Shown in pieces: positions 1 through 12,500 of a DNA stretch of 64,000 nt. The first letter of the stretch is position 1. Every line of letters begins with the position of its first letter. The notes beneath the pieces were generated by a model, which worked only from the letters and a program-made list of their open reading frames with translations, was not told the origin of the DNA and ran no database searches. A program made the translations under genes and the position numbers. This stretch comes from the human T2T-CHM13v2.0 reference genome, Homo sapiens: NCBI RefSeq assembly GCF_009914755.1, contig NC_060933.1; one strand, given 5' to 3'.

Positions 1-405
1 TCCATTCCACTCGAGTTGATTTCATTCCATTCCTTTCCATTCCATTCCATTCCTTTCCACTCGAGTTGATTCCATTCCATTCCATTCCATTGCATTCCAT
101 TCCATTCCATCCCATTCCATTCCTTTCCATTCCATTCCATTCCATTCGGATTGATTCTATTCAATTCCCTTACACTCCATTATATTCCATTCCATTGGGG
201 TAGTTTCCATTCCATTCCATTCCATTCCTCTCCATTCCATTGCACTCGGGTTGATTCCATTCCATTCCATTCCATTCCATTCCATTCCATTACATTACCT
301 TCCATTCCATTCCGTTCCATTGCTCTCGGGTTGATTCCATTCCATTGCATTCCATTCCATTCCATTCCATTCCATTCCTTTCCATTCCTTTCAATTCCAT
401 TCCAT

Positions 406-660
406 TACATTCGGATTGATTCTATTCAATTCCCTTACACTCCATTACATTGTATTCCATTCGGGTAGTTTCCATTCCATTCCATTCCATTCCTCTCCAT
501 TCCATTGCACTCGGGTTGATTCCATTCCATTGCATTCCATTCCATTCCATTCAATTCCATTCCGTTCCATTCCATTCCATTACATTCGGATTGATTCTAT
601 TCAACTCCCTTACTCTCTATTACATTCCATTCCATTCGGTTTGTTCCATTCCATTCCATT
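406..660 (+). repeat. Representative X+Y paired sub-repeat module (~180 bp spacing), recurring throughout the window
   Basis: X = tacattcggattgattctattcaaTtcccttacActccattacatt...cgggtagttt; Y = tacattcggattgattctattcaaCtcccttacTctccattacatt...cgggttgttcc. X-to-Y pairs occur at ~406/581, 2622/2797, 3276/3452, 5129/5304, 15304/15479, 29071/29246, 45614/45788, 55505/55680, 60762/60937 and others. Confidence 0.85.
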
Positions 661-987
661 CCATTCCACTCCATTCCACTGCACTCGGGTTGATTCCATT
701 CCATTGCATTCCATTCCATTCCATTCCATTCCGGAACATTCCATTCCATTGCATTCCATTCCATTCCATTCCCCTGCACTCGCGTTGATTCCATTCCATT
801 CCATTCTATTCCATTCCATTCCCTTCCTTTCCGTTCCATTCCATTCCATTAGATTCCCTTCCGTTCCATTCCATTCCATTCCATTCCATTCTATTCGGGT
901 TAATTCCATTCCATTCCATTCGATTGCAATCGAGTTGATTCCATTGCATTCCATTCCATTCCATTCCATTCCATTCCATTCCATTCC

Positions 988-1002
988 ATTCCGGAAGATT
1001 CC
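988..1002. promoter_or_regulatory. Perfect-match heat-shock element consensus (nTTCn nGAAn nTTCn), representative of ~40 copies; binding not demonstrated
   Basis: attcc-ggaag-attcc gives three inverted nGAAn units in register. HSF1 binding to SatIII arrays during heat stress is established, but function of this particular site is inferred. Confidence 0.5.
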
Positions 1003-1910
1003 ATTCCATTGCATTCCATTCCATTCCATTCCATTCCATTCCATTCCATTCCATTCCATTGCATTGTACTCGGGTTGATTCCATTCCATTGCATTCCATT
1101 CCATTCCATTCCATTCCATTCCATTCCGTTCCATTCCATTCCATTACATTCGGATTGATTCTTTTCAACTCCCTTACTCTCCACTACATTCCATTCCATT
1201 CGGGTTGTTCCATTCCATTCCATTCCATTCCACTCCATTCCATTGCACTCGGGTGGATTCCATTCCATTCCATTCCATTCCATTCCATTCCGGATGATTC
1301 CATTGCATTGCATTCCGTTCCATTACATTCCCCTGCACTCGGGTTGATTCCATTCCATTCCATTCCATTCCATTCGATTCCATTCCATTCCCCTGCACTC
1401 GCGTTGATTCCATTCCATTCCATTCCATTCCATTCCATTCCATTCCATTCCATTCCTTTCCATTCCAGTCCTTTCCATTCCATTCCACTCGGGTTGATTC
1501 TATTCTATTTGTTTCCATTCCATTCCATTCCCTTCCATTCTACTCGGGTTGATTCCATTCCATTCCATTGCACTCCATTCGGTTCCGTTCCATTCCATTC
1601 TATTGCATTCCATTCTATTCGGGTTAATTCCATTCCATTCTATTCCATTCCATTCCATTCCATTCCATTGCAATGGAGTTGATTCCATTCCATTCCATTC
1701 CATCCCGGATGATTCCATTCCATTGCATTCCATTCCATTCCATTCCCCTGCACTCGTGTTGATTCCATTCCCTTCCATTCCATTCTATTCCGTTCCATTC
1801 CATTCCATTCCATTCTATTCCGGTTAATTCCATTCCATTCCATTCCATTCCATTCCATTCCATTCCATTGCAATCGAGTTGATTCCACTCCATTCCTTTC
1901 CATTCCATTC

Positions 1911-2130
1911 CATTGCCTTGCATTCCACTCGGGTTGACTCCATTCCCTTCTTTCCCCTCCATTAGATTCCCTTCCATTCCACTCGGAATGATTGATTCCA
2001 TTCCATTCCATTCCGTTTCATTCCATTGCAATCCATTCCAATCCATTCCATTCCATTCCATTCCAGTCGAGTTGACTTCATTCCATTCCTTTCCATTCCA
2101 TTCCATTCCTTTCCACTCGAGTTGATTCCA
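1911..2130 (+). repeat. Representative 'attgccttgcattcc...cccttctttcc...ctcggaatgattgattcc...ctcgagttga' module (about 10 copies)
   Basis: Copies at ~1913, 37720, 44243, 51026, 53011, 54348, 57376, 58728, 61689, 63025. The window start (1-75) is the CTCGAG-containing tail of another copy. Confidence 0.85.
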
Positions 2131-5100
2131 TTCCATTCCATTCCATTGCATTCCATACCATTCCTTTCCCCTGCACTCGGGTTGATTCCATTCCATTCCA
2201 TTCCATTTAATTCCATTCCATTCCATTCCAATCCGTTCCATTCCATTCCATTCTATTCCATTGCAATCGACTTGATTCCATTCCATTCCATTCCATTCCA
2301 TTCCATTCCATTCCATTCCATTCCATTCCATTTTGCTCCAATCCATTCTATTCCGAACCATTCCATTCCATTCCATTTCATTCCATTCCATTCCATTCCA
2401 TTCCATTTTGTTCCAATCCATTCTATTCCGAACCATTCCATTCCATTCCATTCCATTCCATTCCATTCCATTCCATGCCATTCCACTCGGGTTGATTCCA
2501 TTCCTTTCCATTCCATTCCTCTCCATTCCATTGCACTCGGGTTGATTCCATTCCATTGCATTCCATTCCATTCCATTCAATTCCATTCCATTCCATTCCA
2601 TTCCGTTCCATTGCTTTCCATTACATTCGGATTGATTCTATTCAATTCCCTTACACTCCATTACATTCCATTCCATTCGGGTAGTTTCCACTCCATTCCA
2701 TTCCATTCCTCTCCATTCCATTGCACTCGGGTTGATTCCATTCCATTGCATTCCATTCCATTCCATTCAATTCCATTCCGTTCCATTCCATTCCATTACA
2801 TTCGGATTGATTCTATTCAACTCCCTTACTCTCCATTACATTCGATTCCATTCGGGTTGTTCCATTCCATTCCATTCCATTCCACTCCATTCCATTGCAC
2901 TCGGGTTGATTCCATTCCATTCCATTCCATTCCATTCCGGAAGATTCCGTTCCATTGCATTCCATTACATTCCATTCCCCTGCACTCGCGTTGATTCCAT
3001 TCCATTCCATTCCATTCCATTCCATTCCGTTCCATTCCATTCCATTCCGTTCCATTCCATTCCGTTCCTTTCCATTCCATTCCATTCCATTCTATTCGGG
3101 TTAATTCCATTCCATTCCATTCTATTGCAATCGTGTTTATTCCATTCCATTCCATTCCATTGCATTCCATTCCATTCGATTCCATTCGATTGCACTCGGG
3201 TTGATTCCATTCCATTGCATTCCATTCCATTCAATTCCATTCCATTCCATTCCTTTCCGTTCCATTCCATTCCATTACATTCGGATTGATTCTATTCAAT
3301 TCCCTTACACTCCATTACATTCCATTCCATTCGGGTAGTTTCCACTCCATTCCATTCCATTCCTCTCCATTCCATTGCACTCGGGTTGATTCCATTCCAT
3401 TGCATTCCATTCCGTTCCATTCAATTCCATTCCGTTCCATTCCATTCTATTACATTCGGATTGATTCTATTCAACTCCCTTACTCTCCGTTACATTCCAT
3501 TCCATTCGGGTTGTTCCATTCCATTCCATTCCATTCCACTCCATTCCATTGCACTCGGGTTTATTCCATTCCATTCCATTCCATTCCATTCCATTCCATT
3601 CCATTACGGAAGATTCCATTCCATTGCATTCCATTCCATTCCATTCCCCTGCACTCGCGTTGATTCCATTGCTTTCCATTCCATTCCATTCCGTTCCATT
3701 CCATTCCTTTCCGTTCCATTCCATTCCGTTCCATTCCATTCCATTCCTTTCCGTTCCGTTCCGTTCCATTCCATTCCATTCCATTCCATTCTATTCGGGT
3801 TAATTCCATTCCATTCCATTCCATTCCATTCCATTCCATTCCATTCCAATCGAGTTGATTCCATTCCATTCCATTCCATTCCATTCCACTCCATTCCAGT
3901 CCTTTCCATTCCATTCCACTCGGGTTGATTCCAATGAATTCCTTTCCATTCCATTCCATTCCATTGCAATCGAGTTGATTCCATTGCTTTGCATTCCATT
4001 CCATTCCATTCCATTCCGGATGATTCCATTCCATTGCATTCCATTCCATTCCATTCCCCTGCACTCGGGTTGATTCCATTCCATTGCACTCCATTCCGTT
4101 CCATTCCATTCCATTCTATTGTATTCGGGTTAATTCCATTCCATTCCATTCCATTCCATCACAGTCGAGTTGGTTCCATTCCATTCAATTCCATTCCATT
4201 CCATTCCATTCCATTCCGGATGATTCCATTCCATTACATTCCGTTCCATTACATTCCCCTGCACTCGGGTTGATTCCTTTCCATTCCAATCCATTCCATT
4301 CGATTCCATTCCATTCCAATTCTTTCAATTCCATTCTATTCCGTACCATTCCATTCCATTCCATACCATTCCATTCCATTCCATTCCATTCCGTTCCGTT
4401 CCGTTCCGTTCCATTCCATTCCATTCCATTTTATTCGGGTTAATTCCATTCCATTCCATTCCATTCCATTCTATTCCATTCCATTGCAATCGAGTTGAAT
4501 CCATTGCATTCAATTCCATTCCATTCCATTCCATTGCAATCGAGTTGAATCCATTGCATTCCCTTCCATTCCATTCCGGAAGATTCCATTCCATTGCATT
4601 CCATTCCATTCCATTCCCCTGCACTCGCGTTGATTCCATTCCATTCCATTCCATTCCATTCCATTCCATTCCATTCCGTTCCGTTCCGTTCCGTTCCATT
4701 CCATTCCATTCCATTCCGTTCTGTTCCATTCCATTCCATTCCATTCTATTCGGATTAATTCCATTCCATTCCATTCGATTGCAATCGTGTTGATTCCATT
4801 CCATTCCAATCCATTCCATTCCATTCCATTCCATTCCATTCCATTTCATTCCTTTCCATTCCATTACGGATGATTCCATTCCATTGCTTTCCATTCCATT
4901 CCATTCCCCTGTACTCGAGTTGATTCCATTCCATTGCATTCCAATCCATGCCCTTCCACTCGTGTTGATTCCATTCTTTCCATTCCATTCAAGTTGAATC
5001 CATTCCATTGCATTCCATTCCATTCGATTCCATTCGATTGCACTCGGGTTGATTCCATTCCATTGCATTCCATTCCATTCCATTCCATTCCATTCCATTC

Positions 5101-6468
5101 CATTCCATTCCGTTCCATTCCATTCCATTACATTCGGATTGATTCTATTCAATTCCCTTACACTCCATTAGATTCCATTCCATTCGGGTAGTTTCCATTC
5201 ACTTCCATTCCATTCCTCTCCATTCCATTGCACTCGGGTTGATTCCATTCCATTGCATTCCATTCCATTCCATTCAATTGCATTCCGTTGCATTCCATTC
5301 CATTACATTCGGATTGACTCTATTCAACTCCCTTACTCTCCATTACATTCCATTCCATTCGGGTTGTTCCATTCCATTCCATTCCATTCCACTCCATTCC
5401 ATTGCACTCGGGTTTATTCCATTCCATTCCATTCCATTCCATTCCATTCCATTCCATTCCATTCCGGAAGATTCCATTCCATTGCATTGCATTCCATTCC
5501 ATTCCCCTGCACTCGCGTTGATTCAATTCCATTCTATTCCATTCCATTCCATTCCATTCCTCTCCGTTGCATTCCATTCCATTCCATTCCATTCCATTCC
5601 ATTCCGTTCCGTTCCGTTCCATTCCATTCCATTCCATTCCATTCTATTCGGGTTAATTCCATTCCATTCCATTCGATTGCAATCGAGTTCATTCCATTCC
5701 ATTCCATTCCATTCCATTCCATTCCATTCCATTCCTTTCCATTCCATTACGGATGATTCCATTCCATTGCATTCCATTCCATTCCATTCCCCTCTACTCG
5801 GGTTGATTCCATTCCATTCCATTCCAATACATGCCATTCCACTCGTGTTGATTCCATTCTTTCCATTCCATTCAAGTTGAATCCATTCCATTGCATTCCA
5901 TTCCATTCCATTCCCCTGCAGTCGGGTTGATTCCATTCCATTGCATTCCATTCCATTCCATTCCATTGCATTCCATTCCATTCCATTCCGTTCCGTTCCA
6001 TTCCATTCCATTCCTTTCTATTCGGGTTAATTCCATTCCATTCCATTCCATTCCATTCCATTCCATTCCAATCAAGTTGATTCCTTTCCATTCCATTCCA
6101 TTCCATTCCACTCCATTCCAGTCCTTTCCATTCCATTCCACTCGGGTTGATTCCAATGTATTCCTTTCCATTCCATTCCATTCTATTGCAATCGAGTTGA
6201 TTCCATTGCTTTGCATTCCATTCCATTCCATTCCATTCCGGATGATTCCATTCCATTGCATTCCATTCCATTCCATTCCCCTGCACTCGGGTTTATTCCA
6301 TTCCATTCCACTACATTCCGTTCCATTCCATTCCATTCCATTGCATTCGGGTTAATTCCATTCCATTCCTTTCCATTCCATTCCATTCCGTTACAATCGA
6401 GTTGATTCCATTCCATTCCATTCCATTCCAGTCCTTTCCATTCCATTCCACTCGGGTTGATTCCATTC

Positions 6469-6575
6469 TATTAGTTTCCATTCCATTCCATTCCCTTCCA
6501 TTCCACTCTGGTTGATTCCATTCCTTTCCATTCCACTCGAATACATTCCCTCCTATTCCACTCGGAACGATTCCA
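6469..6575 (+). repeat. Representative 'tattagtttcc...ctctggttga...ctcgaatacattccctcctattccactcggaacga' module (about 18 copies, all between 6.4 and 48.9 kb)
   Basis: Copies seen at ~6469, 7623, 14053, 16659, 18664, 20964, 22923, 25228, 27766, 30381, 32113, 32807, 34061, 40151, 40691, 43941, 46024, 48723. Confidence 0.85.
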
Positions 6576-9500
6576 TTCTATTCCATTCCATTCCATTCCA
6601 TTCCATTCCCCTGTACTCGGGTTGATTCCATTCCATTCCATTCCACTGCATTCGGTTCCGTTGCATTCCATTCTATTGCATTCCATTCTATTCGGGTTAA
6701 TTCCATTCCATTCTATTCCATTCCATTCCATTCCATTCCACTGCAATGGAGTTGATTCCATTCCATTCCATTCCATTCCGGATGATTCCATTCCGTTGCA
6801 TTCCATTCCATTCCATTCCCCTGCACTCGTGTTGATTCCATTCCCTTCCATTCCATTCCATTCCGTTCCATTCCATTCCATTCCATTCTATTCGGGTTAA
6901 TTCCATTCCATTCCATTCGATTGCAATCGAGTTGATTCCATTCCATTCCATTCCATTCCATTCCATTCCATTCCATTCCATTCCATTACGGATGATTCCA
7001 TTCCATTGCATTCCATTCCATTCCATTCCCCTGTAGTCGGGTTGATTCCACTCCATTCCATTCCAATCCATGCCATTCCACTCGTGTTGATTCCATTCTT
7101 TCTATTCCATTCAAGTTGAATCCATTCCATTGCATTCCATTCCATTCCATTACCCTGCAGTCGGCTTGATTCCATTCCATTCCATTCCATTCCATTCCAT
7201 TCCATTCCATTCCGTTCCGTTCCATTCCATTCCATTCCATTCCATTCGGGTTAACTCCATTCCATTCCATTCCATTCCAATCGAGTTGATTCCATTCCAT
7301 TCCATTCCATTCCGTTCCACTCCATTCCAGTCCTTTCCATTCCATTCCACTCGGGTTGATTCCAATGTATTCCTTTCCATGCCATTCCATTCCATTGCAA
7401 TCGAGTTGATTCCATTGCTTTGCATTCCATTCCATTCCATTCCATTCCGGATGATTCCATTCCATTGCATTCCATTCCATTCCATTCCCATGCACTCGGG
7501 TTGATTCCATTCCATTCCCCTCCATTCCATTCCATTCCATTCCATTACAATCGAGTTGATTCCATTCCATTCCATTCCATTCCAGTCCTTTCCATTCCAT
7601 TCCTCTCAGGTTGATTCCATTCTATTAGTTTCCATTCCATTCAATTCCCTTCCATTCCACTATGGTTGATTCCATTCCTTTCCATTCCACTCGAATACAT
7701 TCCCTTCTATTCCACTCGGAACGATTCCATTCCATTCCATTCCATTCCATTCCATTCCATTCCATTCCATTCCATTCCATTCCATTTCGTTCCATTCCAT
7801 TCTATTCTGTATCATTCCATTCCATTCCATTCCATTCCATTCCATTCCATTCCATTCCATTCCTTTCCATTCCATTACGGATGATTCCATTCCATTGCAT
7901 TCCATTCAATTCCATTCCCCTGTACTCGGGTTGATTCCATTCCATTCCATTCCAATCCATGCCATTCCACTCGTGATGATTCCATTCTTTCCATTCCATT
8001 CAAGTTGAATCCATTCCATTGCATTCCATTCCATTCCATTCCCCTCCAGTCGGGTTGATTCCATTCCATTCCATTCCATTCCATTCCTTTCCATTCCATT
8101 CCGTTCCGTTCCATTCCATTCCACTCCATTCTATTCGGGTTAATTCCATTCCATTCCATTCCATTCCATTCCATTCCATTCCAATCGAGTTGATTTCATT
8201 CCATTCCATTCCATTCCATTCCACTCCATTCCAGTCCTTTCCATTCCATTCCACTCGGGTTGATTCCAATGTATTCCTTTCCATTCCATTCCATTCCATT
8301 GCAATCGAGTTGATTCCATTGCTTTGCATTCCATTCCATTCCATTCCGTTCCGAATGATTCCATTCCATTGCATTCCATTCCATTCTAATCCCCTGCTCT
8401 CGGGTTGCTTCCATTCCATTCCACTCCATTCCGTTCCATTCCATTCCATTCCATTGTATTCGGGTTAATTCCATTCCATTCCTTTACATTCCATTCCATT
8501 CCATTCCATTCCATTCCCCTGCACTCGCGTTGATTCCATTCCATTCCATTCCATTCCATTCCATTCCATTCTATTCCATTCCTTTCCGTTCCATTCCATT
8601 CCATTCCATTCCATTCCAATCCATTCCATTCCGTTCCGTTCCATTCCATTCCATTCTATTCGGGTTAATTCCATTCCATTCCATTCGATTGCAATCGAGT
8701 TGATTCCATTCCATTCCATTCCATTCCATTCCATTCCTTTCCATTCCATTACGGATGATTCCATTCCATTGCATTCCATTCCATTCCATTCCGCTGTACT
8801 CGGGTTGATTCCATTCCATTCCATTCCAATCCATGCCATTCCACTCGTGTGGATTCCATTCTTACCGTTCCATTCAAGTTGAATCCATTCCATTGCATTC
8901 CATTCCATTCCATTCCCCTGCAGTCAGGTTGATTCCATTCCATTCCATTCCATTCCATTCCATTCCATTCCATTCCATTCCGTTCCATTCCATTCCACTC
9001 CATTCTATTCGGGTTAATTCCATTCCATTCCATTCCATTCCATTCCAATCGAGTTGATTTCATTCCATTCCATTCCATTCCATTCCACTGCATTCCAGTC
9101 CTTTCCACTCCATTCCACTCGGTTTGATTCCAATGTATTCCTTTCCATTCCATTCCATTCCATTGCAATCGAGTTGATTCCATTGCTTTGCATTCCATTC
9201 CATTCCATTCCATTCCGGATGATTCCATTCCATTGCATTCCATTCCATTCCATTCCCCTGCACTCGCGTTGATTCCATTCCATTCCATTCCATTCCATTC
9301 CATTCCGTTCCGTTCCGTTCCGATCCATTCCATTCCATTCCATTCCATTCCATTCCGTTCCGCTCCATTCCATTCCATTCCATTCTATTCGGGTTAATTC
9401 CATTCCATTCCATTCGATTGCAATCGAGTTGATTCCATTCCATTCCATTCCATTCCATTCCATTCCATTCCTTTCCATTCCATTACGGATGATTCCATTC

Positions 9501-12500
9501 CATTGCATTCCATTCCATTCCATTGCATTCCATTCCATTCCATTCCCCTGTACTCGGGTTGATTCCATTCCATTCCATTCCAATCCGTGCCATTCCACTC
9601 GTGTTGATTCCATTCTTTCCATTCCATTCAAGTTGAATCCATTCCATTGCATTCCATTCCATTCGATTCCATTCGATTGCAGTCGGGTTGATTCCATTCC
9701 ATTGCATTCCATTCCATTCCATTCCATTCCATTCCGTTCCATTCCATTCCATTACATTCGGATTGATTCTATTCAACTCCCTTACTCTCCATTACATTCC
9801 ATTCCATTCGGGTTGTTCCATTCCATTCCATTCCATTCCAGTCCATTCCATTGCACTCGGGTTGATTCCATTCCATTCCATTCTATTCCATTCCATTCCC
9901 TTCCTTTCCGTTCCGTTCCATTCCATTCCATTCCATTCCATTCCATTCCGTTCCGTTCCATTCCATTCCATTCCATTCTATTCGGGTTAATTCCATTCCA
10001 TTCCATTCGATTGCATTCGAGTTGATTCCATTCCATTCCATTCCATTCCATTCCATTCCATTCCTTTCCATTCCATTACGGATGATTCCATTCCATTGCA
10101 TTCCATTCCATTCCATGCCCCTGTACTCGGGTTGATTCCATTCCATTCCATTCCAATCCATGCCATTCCACTCGTGTTGATTCCATTCTTTCCATTCCAT
10201 TCAAGTTGAATCCATTCCATTGCATTCCATTCCATTCGATTCCATTCGATTGCACTCGGGTTGATTCCATTCCATTGCATTCCCTTCCATTCCATTGCAT
10301 TCCCTTCCATTCCATTCCATTCTATTCCGTTCCATTCCATTTCATTACATTCAGATTGATTCTATTCAATTCCCTTACACTCCATTATATTCCAATCCAT
10401 TCTTGTTGTCTCCATTCCATTCCATTCCATTTCACTCCATTCCATTGCACTCGGGTTGATTCCATTCCATTCCATTCCATTGCATTCCATTCCATTCCAT
10501 TCCGGATGATTCCATTCCATTGCTCTCCATTCCATTCCATTCCTCTGCACTCGGGTTGATTCCATTCCATTCCATTCCATTACATTCCGTTCCGTTCCAT
10601 TCCATTCATTTCGGATTGATTCTATTCAATTCCCTTACACTCCATTACATTCCATTCCATTTGGGTAGTTTCCATTCCATTCCATTCCTTTCCTCTCCAT
10701 TCCATTGCACTCGGGTTGATTCCATTCCATTCCATTCCATTCCATTCCATTCCATTACATTCCATTCCATTCCGTTCCATTGTATTCGGGTTGATTCCAT
10801 TCCATTGCATTCCATTCCATTCCATTCCATTCCATTCCATTCCATTCCATTCCATTCCGATCCATTCCATTCCATTACATTCGGATTGATTCTTTTCAAC
10901 TCCCTTACTCTCCATTACATTCCATTCCATTCGGGTTGTTCCATTCCATTCCATTCCATTCCACTCCATTCCATTGCACTCGGGGTGATTCCATTCCATT
11001 CCATTCCATTCCATTCCATTCCATTCCATTCCTGATGATTCCATTCCATTGCATTCCGTTCCATTACATTCCCCTGCACTCGCGTTGATTCCATTCCATT
11101 CCATTCCATTCCATTCAATTCCATTCCATTACAATTCGTTCCATTCCATTCTATTCCGTACCATTCCATTCCATTCCATACCATTCCATTCCATTCCATT
11201 CCATTCCATTCCGTTCCATTCCGTTCCATTCCATTCCATTCCATTCTATTCGGATTAATTCCATTCCATTCCGTTCCATTCCATTCTATTCCATTCCATT
11301 GCAATCGAGTTGAATCCATTGCATTTCATTCCATTCCATTCCATTCCATTCCATTCCATTCCATTCCGGAAGATTCCATTCCATTGTATTCCATTCCATT
11401 CCATTCCCCTTCACTCGCGTTGATTCCATTCCATTCCATTCCGTTCCGTTCCGTTCCATTCCATTCCATTCCATTCGATTCCATTCCGTTCCGTTCCATT
11501 CCATTCCATTCCATTCTATTCGGGTTAATTCCATTCCATTCCATTCGATTGCAATCGAGTTGATTCCATTCCATTCCATTCCATTCCATTCCATTCCATT
11601 CCATTCCTTTCCATTCCATTACGGATGATTCCATTCCATTGCATTCCATTCCATTCCATTCCCCTGTAGTCGGGTTGATTCCATTCCATTCCGTTCCAAT
11701 CCATGCCATTCCATTCGTGTTGATTCCATTCTTTCCATTCCATTCAAGTTGAATCCATTCCATTGCATTCCATTCCATTCGATTCCTTTCGATTGCACTC
11801 GGGTTGATTCCATTCCATGGCATTCCATTCCATTCCATTCCATTCCATTCCATTCCATTCCATTCCATTCCATTCCGTTCCATTCCATTTCATTACATTC
11901 AGATTGATTCTATTCAATTCCCTTACACTCCATTATATTCCAATCCATTCTGGTTGTTTCCATTCCATTCCATTCCATTTCACTCCATTCCATTGCACTC
12001 GGTTTGATGCCTTTCCATTCCATTCCATTGCATTCCATTCCATTCCATTCCGGATGATTCCATTCCATTGCATTCCTTTCCATTCCATTCCCCTGCACTC
12101 GGGTTGATTCCATTCCATTCCATTCCATTACATTCCGTTCCATTCCATTCCATTCCATTCGGATTGATTCTATTCAATTCCCTTACTCTCCATTGCATTC
12201 CATTCCATTCGGGTAGTTTCCATTCCATTCTATTCCATTCCTCTCCATTCCATTGCACTCGGGTTGATTCCATTCCATTCCATTCCATTCCTTTACATTA
12301 CATTACATTACATTCCGTTCCATTGTTCTCGGGTTGATTCCATTCCATTGCATTCCATTCCATTCCATTCCATTCCATCCCATTCCATTCCATTCCATTC
12401 CGTTCCATTCCATTACATTCGGATTGATTCTATTCAACTCCCTAACTCTCCATTACATTCCATTCCATTCGGGTTCTACCATTCCATTCCATTCCATTCC

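Noticed and set aside
411-435. ggattgattctattcaa as a DUX4 site
   Set aside because: It does not match the TAAYYYAATCA consensus on either strand beyond the AATCA half.
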